DNA of 64,000 nt from a virus. Below the pieces are notes generated by a model. That model saw only the letters and a program-made list of their open reading frames with translations. It was not told the origin of the DNA and ran no database searches. Position numbers and translations under genes: made by a program. The stretch's first letter is position 1. Every line of letters starts with the position of its first letter. The DNA lies in IMG/VR virus record IMGVR_UViG_3300030099_006908, positions 1 to 64,000 of that record. One strand, given 5' to 3'. Below are positions 1 to 6,363 of the stretch, in pieces.

Positions 1-6
1 CTTCAT

Positions 7-42
7 GGGAGGCGGGGATTTTCCCCGCTTCCCCCCTTTTTT
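7..42 (+). terminator. Rho-independent terminator
   Basis: GGGAGGCGGGGA/TCCCCGCTTCCC stem followed by a T-tract. Confidence 0.8.
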
Positions 43-49
43 ATTAAAG

Positions 50-78
50 TTGACAGGGTTGGCTTGTCGATGTATAAT
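50..78 (+). promoter_or_regulatory. sigma70-type promoter
   Basis: Perfect TTGACA-N17-TATAAT. Confidence 0.85.
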
Positions 79-99
79 AGGGGATTGGAGGCTCTGCCT

Positions 100-186
100 A
101 TGAATGAAGGTTGGTTGTTGTTAATTGGTTTACTTGGTGTTATAGCTGGTTGTCTTGAATCTATTAGGGGAGATATAGAAAGATGA
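100..186 (+). CDS. small membrane peptide (28 aa, MNEGWLLLIGLLGVIAGC...)
   Basis: GGAGG SD, hydrophobic stretch, stop overlaps next ATG (ATGA); not in ORF track. Confidence 0.55.
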   Translation: MNEGWLLLIGLLGVIAGCLESIRGDIER

Positions 187-626
187 AAAAGGTTTTCGTA
201 TATTACAATTTGCACAAGCACAAATGGTCCGTGAAGGATGTAAAAACAGGTCGTGTAATTGGTCATTATTACGATATATCGCTTTATAACGCCAAGTTCA
301 AAGTAAGTGAGGCCGGAAGGGCTCGCGTATTAAAAGAGAAGCGTAAAAACGTGCATGCGGGCGTTGAGGGCTATCTGACTAAGCATACCCTACCTCGAAA
401 AATGGACGGCACGATTCTCTGGGCGTCTCAATCGGAGCGGCACAAGGTAACGTACGACCCCTATAAGTACGCTACCTTCGTTGCCGGTCCAGATAAAAAG
501 CCTATCCACGAAGCCTACTTTGTGAGAATGGTGGCCTACGGTACGAACTGGGGCGGTAAAGGGGAGTATCATGCCCCAGATGTTACAGCGACAGTGCCGG
601 TGGTGAAGGGCCTGATAACTGCTTGA
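183..626 (+). CDS. conserved phage hypothetical protein
   Basis: 147 aa, GGAG SD; VYYNLHK..WSVK and KRKNVHA motifs typical of a phage family of unknown function. Confidence 0.8.
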   Translation: MKKVFVYYNLHKHKWSVKDVKTGRVIGHYYDISLYNAKFKVSEAGRARVLKEKRKNVHAGVEGYLTKHTLPRKMDGTILWASQSERHKVTYDPYKYATFVAGPDKKPIHEAYFVRMVAYGTNWGGKGEYHAPDVTATVPVVKGLITA

Positions 627-633
627 AATAAAT

Positions 634-720
634 GAATTGGGGATAAGCAGCTATCCTCGAATGTTACGGGCTCAGAGATAGCCGCACACGCAGGCTCGTA
701 ACTTCCCCGATTCTTTTTTT
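634..720 (+). ncRNA. structured non-coding element with possible pseudoknot, ending in a U-tract
   Basis: Stems 634-643/704-713 and 663-671/694-702; GCTATC (650-655) complementary to loop GATAGC (677-682). Confidence 0.5.
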
Positions 721-721
721 C

Positions 722-801
722 CTAAACCCTTATGGCGTAAGGACTTAGGGGGCGCCGGGCCGCCGCGCCAAACGTAAACTGTGTGATAACAACGACTTAC
801 G
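722..801. promoter_or_regulatory. paired imperfect palindromic protein-binding sites
   Basis: Two TAAAC-N14-GACTTA sites at 723-747 and 775-799, separated by a GC-rich spacer. Confidence 0.55.
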
Positions 802-829
802 TTGACTAATTCTAAAGTTTTGGTACAAT
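802..829 (+). promoter_or_regulatory. sigma70-type promoter for tRNA-Arg
   Basis: TTGACT-N16-TACAAT with TG extension. Confidence 0.65.
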
Positions 830-848
830 ATAACCGATAAAGATAAAT

Positions 849-921
849 GCACCTGTAGCTCAATGGATAGAGCATCTGACTTCTAATCAGAGGGTTGCAG
901 GTTCGAATCCTGCCAGGTGTA
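849..921 (+). tRNA. tRNA-Arg(UCU)
   Basis: Canonical cloverleaf, anticodon loop CTTCTAA, GGTTCGAATCC T-arm; CCA not encoded. Confidence 0.97.
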
Positions 922-1095
922 CTACCCGTACCACCCCCATGGTGGTCATAGTGATAGTCAGCGAAATTTTACATCATGTGTGAATAGTCTGGCATAATTT
1001 ATAGCAGAGGAAATGAATTAGGGAAATGTTTTTGTCTCGCCCAATCAATCATCATTGGCAATCGTTGGTAGTCAGCGAAAGTCTGGGGCATCTGA

Positions 1096-1169
1096 GGGCA
1101 TTTAGCTCAGTTGGTTAGAGCGTCTCGTTGACGTCGAGAAGGTCATTGGTTCGAATCCAGTAATGCCCA
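1096..1169 (+). tRNA. tRNA-Val(GAC)
   Basis: Canonical cloverleaf, anticodon loop TTGACGT. Confidence 0.97.
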
Positions 1170-1280
1170 TTTGAGAGAATAAGAATGATTGTGGCAAGGA
1201 AATGCGCATGAGTGTGTGTCTCACGCAACCTAACAACATTGCGGTCATGGCGATAGTTAGCGAAATTTTAGGGCCTGGGG

Positions 1281-1308
1281 TTGACAAAGCAGGAAGACGG
1301 GCTATAAT
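1281..1308 (+). promoter_or_regulatory. sigma70-type promoter
   Basis: TTGACA-N16-TATAAT. Confidence 0.85.
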
Positions 1309-1314
1309 ATTATT

Positions 1315-1430
1315 GGTGAGCCTCGCGGGCGCAGACTACATTGCCAAACGGTGAGTAGTCTGTCGCTCCATCGGACATAGGTACTTGCCGGTGACTGTTC
1401 AGGTCTAACGTGAGTACCGTGTCCATTTTT
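1315..1430 (+). ncRNA. twin-hairpin ncRNA or 5' leader
   Basis: Hairpins 1327-1368 and 1373-1424 share TAC(A)TTGCC and AACG(G)TGAGTA arms; promoter upstream, T-tract downstream. Confidence 0.6.
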
Positions 1431-1444
1431 TGAGGAGATATAAA

Positions 1445-1642
1445 ATGAAGAAGTTGGTATTATTCCTGCTAATAAGTGTAGTCGCTGTCGAAAGCGGTTA
1501 CGCTTTTATTTTTGGTGGTGGGGCATGGAGGCGTCATTACAGGAGACATAGAAGGGGTGCATTGTATAGTGCAGAGAAGGTAGTCGGACCTCCATCTTTG
1601 CAGGCGGTTAGAGATGCCGTAGATGAGGAAATAAGGAGGTAA
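1445..1642 (+). CDS. small secreted Arg-rich protein
   Basis: GAGGAG SD before ATG 1445; signal-peptide-like MKKLVLFLL...YA; stop overlaps the tRNA-Ile 5' end. Confidence 0.7.
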   Translation: MKKLVLFLLISVVAVESGYAFIFGGGAWRRHYRRHRRGALYSAEKVVGPPSLQAVRDAVDEEIRR

Positions 1643-1710
1643 AGGTAAGCTGGTTGCATCCGGCGCTCTTATAAGGCGCTATTAGTCTGGTTCGATTCCA
1701 GATACCTCTA
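1635..1710 (+). tRNA. tRNA-Ile(UAU), non-canonical D-arm
   Basis: Acceptor GGAGGTA/TACCTCT+A; anticodon stem GCGCT/GGCGC with loop CTTATAA; T-arm TCTGG-TTCGATT-CCAGA. Confidence 0.85.
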
Positions 1711-1782
1711 CTGGGTAATTTACTTCCTGATAGAAAGGAGGTGGGATTACGTCTAAGGATTGGTCATCCTGTCTAATAGACT

Positions 1783-1834
1783 GGCCCGCAGGGTTTTATT
1801 GTATCAAATAAGAACCTGTAGGGCCTCTTTTTTT
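1783..1834 (+). terminator. long-stem terminator
   Basis: GGCCCGCAGGGTTTTATT/AATAAGAACCTGTAGGGCC plus T7. Confidence 0.7.
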
Positions 1835-1874
1835 GTCTCAGCTAAACGAACCAATTTGTCGTGATTGGTCATAG

Positions 1875-1988
1875 TCAGCGTAATTTTAGAGCAGGCAGAA
1901 TAAAACGTGGGGGCGTGGAAAGGTTAGTGGTAAGACTAGGACAAGCCCCCAAAGCCATCGCTATGATAACTCTCCACTTTCTTGTCAT
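1875..1988 (-). CDS. possible 37-aa peptide (MTRKWRVIIAMALGAC...)
   Basis: Lies downstream of a minus-strand consensus promoter; no clear SD. Confidence 0.3.
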   Translation of the reverse strand: MTRKWRVIIAMALGACPSLTTNLSTPPRFILPALKLR

Positions 1989-2007
1989 AGAATGTGATTC
2001 TAAATAT

Positions 2008-2035
2008 ATTATAAACCAAAACACAAAATTGTCAA
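2008..2035 (-). promoter_or_regulatory. sigma70-type promoter (minus strand)
   Basis: TTGACA-N16-TATAAT on the reverse complement. Confidence 0.8.
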
Positions 2036-2475
2036 CTAAAAAACTGGCTGGTAAAAAAGTGTGTACCTTGCCATTGGCTTAATAGAGAGAATACAGAACT
2101 GCAATAGCAGGTAGAATATGAGTGGAGGCATAAACCACATAGTAATAATCTATACCCCTCTGCTATCGGCGGCAGCGTGTATATGATAATCTATACCTGA
2201 ATAGTAAATCTATATTCCCCCCCTGGCAATTTTGCTGCAAAAAAAGAGAACAAAACCGACTTCCCATATCTGATAAAAGACAGTATATGAGCCTAGAGCC
2301 AGGGTTTCTCCACACTCTCTAGGATTACAATGATATGAAATGTCAAGCTATCCACAAGTCCACTCATATCAGAGCGTATATGCCCCAACGAATTAACGGC
2401 GGGCGAGGTATACCAATTTTCAGCACTCAGGTCTGTTGTAGGTTTGGCACTTATAACCTGTGGGCAAATGAGGCC

Positions 2476-2655
2476 CTATTTTCTTCTTCTTCTTTTTCTT
2501 TTCATCCGACTAGATGGAGGCGACCATCCATACAATTTCTTCCACTCTTGTTTCTCTTTATTAGAAACACCATACTGAGCGTTCTGTGCCTTCTCCCTAC
2601 GGGGATTGGTTATCCCGTTCATGGAAGTGCCGGTTTTTTTGTTTTTTCTTGGCAT
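2476..2655 (-). CDS. small very basic protein, probably leaderless
   Basis: MPRKNKK...RKRRRRK; ATG 7 nt after the TATAAT of a minus-strand promoter. Confidence 0.7.
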   Translation of the reverse strand: MPRKNKKTGTSMNGITNPRREKAQNAQYGVSNKEKQEWKKLYGWSPPSSRMKRKRRRRK

Positions 2656-2662
2656 ATAGAGT

Positions 2663-2690
2663 ATTATAGTCCACTTTTCTTTTCTGTCAA
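2663..2690 (-). promoter_or_regulatory. sigma70-type promoter (minus strand), one of a divergent pair
   Basis: TTGACA-N16-TATAAT on the reverse complement. Confidence 0.85.
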
Positions 2691-2703
2691 GGCAAAAAAT
2701 AGC

Positions 2704-2731
2704 TTGACACATACATTCTTCCTGCTATAAT
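2704..2731 (+). promoter_or_regulatory. sigma70-type promoter, one of a divergent pair
   Basis: TTGACA-N16-TATAAT. Confidence 0.85.
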
Positions 2732-3002
2732 TACATAGAAACACGCCCTTTTACGGGTTTACGAAACAAAATTGTGGGTTTTGAACCCCATTTGCACGTT
2801 TAAGCGGCAACTTTGCGGGTTTTTGGCCCATTTGTATGCTCGTTGTGTAGTGCCGAGGTTGAAGCATTTATTCTGTTAATTCATACCTAATCTTCTTCCT
2901 CGCCTACACTTCTATTATAGTGTATACTATACTACCTATTCATTGTATGTCTATTATGGGTAATATAGAAAGCCATAGAAAAATAAAGAAAGGGTAAGAA
3001 AA

Positions 3003-3173
3003 ATGGAGAAAAATATACAAATAACTCTTTGCCGTGGACAAGGATGTTGTCCTGTCGTAACTATTTCTGAAAAAGGTGCGAAAATTACTGATGATAATGG
3101 TGGTGAAGTGACGATAACTAATGTAGAGTTAAGTATTCTAAAAGAAAAGCTAAATGAGCTTGACAACGTATAA
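3003..3173 (+). CDS. small hypothetical protein (MEKNIQITLCRGQGCCPVV...)
   Basis: 56-aa ORF read by eye; C-x4-CCP motif. Confidence 0.65.
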   Translation: MEKNIQITLCRGQGCCPVVTISEKGAKITDDNGGEVTITNVELSILKEKLNELDNV

Positions 3174-3187
3174 TCATCTGTTACAAT
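3160..3187 (+). promoter_or_regulatory. sigma70-type promoter
   Basis: TTGACA-N16-TACAAT. Confidence 0.75.
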
Positions 3188-3193
3188 TAGGAG

Positions 3194-3308
3194 CATGAGG
3201 CTGAGTGGTGGCTTGCAATCAAGGGTCCAGTTGCGCCACACTGAACGGTATTATGTATAAGTTGTCCAAGACACTTGCTAGCAAACATAACGCCTGCCTC
3301 ATTTTTTT
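3194..3308 (+). ncRNA. putative ~110-nt three-way-junction small RNA
   Basis: Own promoter; closing stem ATGAGGC/GCCTCAT plus T7; internal stems GTGGTG/CGCCAC and TTATGT/ACATAA. Confidence 0.6.
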
Positions 3309-3323
3309 ACTAAAGGTTATTTT

Positions 3324-3431
3324 ATGAAGGAAAAGCTAAAAGAAATTTTTGTTCTTGCTACGGTTATATTTGCAGCCGTAGGAATAGGTGCAGTGGTTTA
3401 TGCGATTGTTGAGCTAATTGCACTTCGATGA
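3324..3431 (+). CDS. small membrane protein
   Basis: MKEKLKEIFVLATVIFAAVGIGAVVYAIVELIALR, one TM segment. Confidence 0.55.
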   Translation: MKEKLKEIFVLATVIFAAVGIGAVVYAIVELIALR

Positions 3432-3509
3432 TAGACGACCTTCCTATATGGCTGATTACAGTCAGACTTTTACCGTTTATAATATATGGCATTTACTTGG
3501 GAGTGATAT

Positions 3510-3824
3510 ATGCGAAACCATCCAGACAATAAGTATATCTGGGGAGCAGAGGAAATCCTTATTCTAGGTGATGAACGTCTTGACTATATTCACCAGTTTA
3601 AGGGATACGAGACCGATAAGGGGTGGAACATAACCGTACAGGCTCTTATTCGTACAAAATTCCAGGCATATAAATGGGGGACGACTCGTAGGTACTTCAA
3701 GAAAGACAGATTCCCTCACGCTAATACTGTCAAACAAGTAATTCAGGAAGTCGTAAATCTTCCCTATATGATTGACCCTCTCACTAGAGAATATGAAGGA
3801 TATAAAGATGCAATTAAATCTTGA
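3510..3824 (+). CDS. hypothetical protein
   Basis: 104-aa ORF with GGAG SD. Confidence 0.75.
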   Translation: MRNHPDNKYIWGAEEILILGDERLDYIHQFKGYETDKGWNITVQALIRTKFQAYKWGTTRRYFKKDRFPHANTVKQVIQEVVNLPYMIDPLTREYEGYKDAIKS

Positions 3825-3978
3825 TATAAGCACCATAATCATGGTGTTCTGTCTGTACGGTGTATGGACTTTCAGTAAAGATATTGGTCACTTAATTTGT
3901 GACGTTATATTAAAAGTCTGGAAGGCCAACAATGAGCAAGAGAAATCTGAACCTGAGCAATCTGTTCCTAGCATTTAG
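3808..3978 (+). CDS. small membrane protein
   Basis: Hydrophobic segment; overlaps neighbours in operon fashion. Confidence 0.55.
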   Translation: MQLNLDISTIIMVFCLYGVWTFSKDIGHLICDVILKVWKANNEQEKSEPEQSVPSI

Positions 3979-4057
3979 TACTATTACATTATACATACTT
4001 TTCGTTGGGGGAATAATATACTTCAAATGTTTTTAGGATTCTTTTGGGAGAGAGGAT

Positions 4058-4711
4058 ATGGAATTGGATTTTGGAAATGTCGAGCAGAAGATAAACTCTG
4101 TTAGACAGTCTACGGTTGACCGTTACTGTGACTATTGGTACGGTATCGAGCCGCGAAGCACAGAGGATAAGTGGCGACGATGGTTGTTTGCCTTTGTATC
4201 TATTCGCGCCCAATGGAAGGCGAATAAAGAGTCCTACCGCATGTTAGCCGGTGAAAATTGGCAGACTAAAGATGAACTGTCTAAGATACTCCACGACTCT
4301 CGAATTGGATTGGTTCCGATGCGTGAGCGAGCTATCTGGGAGTTTACGCAGGAAGTAAAAAAGGATAAGTCTATCATCGAACCAGAACTGGACGATACAT
4401 GGCAAACATGGAGAAATAGGTTAGTCGATAAATTCTTTGGGATTGGATTAGCCAAAGTATCTTTTGCGATGGAAATGTGCTACCCGTTGTATTGTGGAGT
4501 TGTTTGTCTGGATACGCATATTCTACGAATGTATGGCGTTGACCCTCGCAAGGGTTGCGGCAAGGCTTTATATGAGGAAATGGAGGCACATTGGTTAAAA
4601 ATTTGTCTTGACAAGGGGTATCCATCTGCTATAACTAGACATATCCTATGGGATAAGATTCAGAACAAGCGGAATACAAGATACTGGTCGCATGTATTGG
4701 AGGCAGCATAA
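4058..4711 (+). CDS. HhH-family DNA glycosylase (Ogg/8-oxoguanine glycosylase-like)
   Basis: HhH motif FGIGLAKVSF and downstream VCLDTHILR (catalytic Lys/Asp pattern of Ogg2-type enzymes). Confidence 0.75.
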   Translation: MELDFGNVEQKINSVRQSTVDRYCDYWYGIEPRSTEDKWRRWLFAFVSIRAQWKANKESYRMLAGENWQTKDELSKILHDSRIGLVPMRERAIWEFTQEVKKDKSIIEPELDDTWQTWRNRLVDKFFGIGLAKVSFAMEMCYPLYCGVVCLDTHILRMYGVDPRKGCGKALYEEMEAHWLKICLDKGYPSAITRHILWDKIQNKRNTRYWSHVLEAA

Positions 4712-4888
4712 ATGGCTCACGAGAAAAACTACACATTTAAGATTACTATTTTCGGCCAAGACTTTAAAGCCAAGGAAACATTCTTAATTGAGGATGTAAC
4801 AGAGCGAGAGGCGAATAAGATTGCTAAAGCTGACCCTCGCGTTATCGAAGCTGGCGATAAATTCTGGTCTATGAACCAAGAGAGGTAG
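4712..4888 (+). CDS. small hypothetical protein
   Basis: MAHEKNYTFKITIFG...; GGAGG SD; fills the gap between genes. Confidence 0.65.
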   Translation: MAHEKNYTFKITIFGQDFKAKETFLIEDVTEREANKIAKADPRVIEAGDKFWSMNQER

Positions 4889-5076
4889 TGATGAATTACA
4901 GGAAATATACTCACGGTTTTGTGACACAGGTATTTGAGAATGGTAAATGTGTCGAGCAGCACTTCACCGCTGGCGACCAAGTTGAACATGAGGATTATGA
5001 GACAGGTGAACCTATTGAGCCTGTTGGCGACGAGACTTATTACCCCTTTTTAATGGAGCAACCAAAGGATGAGTAG
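4888..5076 (+). CDS. hypothetical protein
   Basis: Coupled ORF with SD. Confidence 0.65.
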   Translation: MMNYRKYTHGFVTQVFENGKCVEQHFTAGDQVEHEDYETGEPIEPVGDETYYPFLMEQPKDE

Positions 5077-5251
5077 TAGATTTTCAGTGTCATTTTATGA
5101 TGGGCAAAAACTACTTGGTAGATTTGACCTACCGGATTGTTTTGAGCAGGAAGATGCTCACGATGCCGCACAAGATATGGCAAAGAAATACGGAAACAAT
5201 ACAGACGTTATCATATCTGAGGAAACAAATGCTGCCGGAGACTATGTATGA
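5069..5251 (+). CDS. hypothetical protein
   Basis: Coupled ORF. Confidence 0.65.
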   Translation: MSSRFSVSFYDGQKLLGRFDLPDCFEQEDAHDAAQDMAKKYGNNTDVIISEETNAAGDYV

Positions 5252-5397
5252 GAGATTATGTTTTCTGGCTATTGGCAGCGACGATGTTAATTATGATGGG
5301 TGGATGTAAAACAACCGTAGTCTTATCGGCTAACAGGTATTTTGAACAAGAACAAACTCATACGAGTGCAGAAATAAGAATGGAAAAAGAATGGTAA
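5248..5397 (+). CDS. small putative lipoprotein
   Basis: MRDYVFWLLAATMLIMMGGC lipobox-like; ATGA overlap; not in ORF track. Confidence 0.6.
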   Translation: MRDYVFWLLAATMLIMMGGCKTTVVLSANRYFEQEQTHTSAEIRMEKEW

Positions 5398-5642
5398 ACA
5401 ATGAAGATGGTGGCATCCCAATAGTATGCATTTTGGGTTGTGTAACAATTATGGTAATTATGTCATGCATAACATTTGTAGCACAAAAACAAGATATTAT
5501 AAATCGAGAGGCCAATGAATTTTACTCTAAATCAATAACACAAGAAGAAATAAATGAAGCGTGGCAAAAATATCAGCAGAGACAGTTAGAGCCTATTCCT
5601 CTGACAAAAGAAAAACAAATTAAAGATTCTATTGACAAGTGA
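5391..5642 (+). CDS. membrane-anchored hypothetical protein
   Basis: N-terminal TM segment. Confidence 0.65.
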   Translation: MVNNEDGGIPIVCILGCVTIMVIMSCITFVAQKQDIINREANEFYSKSITQEEINEAWQKYQQRQLEPIPLTKEKQIKDSIDK

Positions 5643-5659
5643 CGATAATGATTTATAAT
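5632..5659 (+). promoter_or_regulatory. sigma70-type promoter with CGATAA spacer motif
   Basis: TTGACA-AGTGACGATAATGATT-TATAAT. Confidence 0.85.
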
Positions 5660-5704
5660 TGGTTCAAACAGTTTGTTAGTTTAGTTATTAAGAAAGAGGA
5701 CACT

Positions 5705-6361
5705 ATGAGTTTGACAAATGGAAGCGTTCGTATGAGTAAACTTACTGATGCGAAGGAAGGTAATGTTATTAGTTTTGTGTATTATGGTCATGGACAGAAT
5801 CATGGTCAGTTGCGATACGCAAAGGTTCTTGAGGTTTTGGCTGATGGCATATTGGCTCAAGAGGTCAATACCAATCATCCCAAGCATTTCAAAAATGGTG
5901 AAGCAGAGGATGTAAAGGTGGAAGAAAAGCTGCAACAGCTTGTCTCTGGAGAAACAAAGGGTGTTACATTTCTTGATGCCAAAGATATGCTTCTCGAAGC
6001 TGGTTGGTCAAACGAGATTGTCCTTGATATTCTCACAGGCGAACAGTTGACGGTTTTGTTTGGTAGTTTTCATACTGCCAGGGAAAATGCTGATGCTGGC
6101 GACTTTGAATATCAATGGGATTCTGAGAACGGAAATGTTCTGGTTATTGACAATCGTAATGCGTCAAACGTCAGCGTTGAGCCTGTAGCCCATGACCATA
6201 CACTTCGATACGTTACGTTTCGAGTAACCCTTCAAGATGGTGGATTTAGCGACTTTCGAGTTACTGTAGACCCATTGGGCAAGATTACGTTTCAGCAGAA
6301 TGAGAATGTTGTGAGCGTAGATGACTTCGCCAAGGCACTTAACAGTCTGATTGAGGGCTGA
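5705..6361 (+). CDS. hypothetical protein
   Basis: GAGGA SD before ATG 5705, downstream of the promoter. Confidence 0.8.
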   Translation: MSLTNGSVRMSKLTDAKEGNVISFVYYGHGQNHGQLRYAKVLEVLADGILAQEVNTNHPKHFKNGEAEDVKVEEKLQQLVSGETKGVTFLDAKDMLLEAGWSNEIVLDILTGEQLTVLFGSFHTARENADAGDFEYQWDSENGNVLVIDNRNASNVSVEPVAHDHTLRYVTFRVTLQDGGFSDFRVTVDPLGKITFQQNENVVSVDDFAKALNSLIEG

Positions 6362-6363
6362 AG

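Larger units (their letters stand above)
954..1888 (+). repeat. dispersed degenerate repeat, 4 copies
   Basis: ATAGT(C/T)AGCG(A/T)AATTTTA core at 954-971, 1069-1080 (partial), 1253-1270, 1871-1888; three copies have TGTCTC 31-33 nt upstream. Confidence 0.75.

Noticed and set aside
1102-1287. Minus-strand ORF with a lipobox-like LLGC
   Set aside because: It is antisense to tRNA-Val, starts at the TTG of a -35 box and has no SD.
944-1888. CRISPR array interpretation of the dispersed repeats
   Set aside because: Copies are degenerate, irregularly spaced and separated by tRNAs and genes. There is no identical repeat-spacer periodicity and no cas operon.
2335-2730. 131-aa plus-strand ORF
   Set aside because: It is the shadow of the promoter-supported minus-strand basic gene and runs across two promoters.
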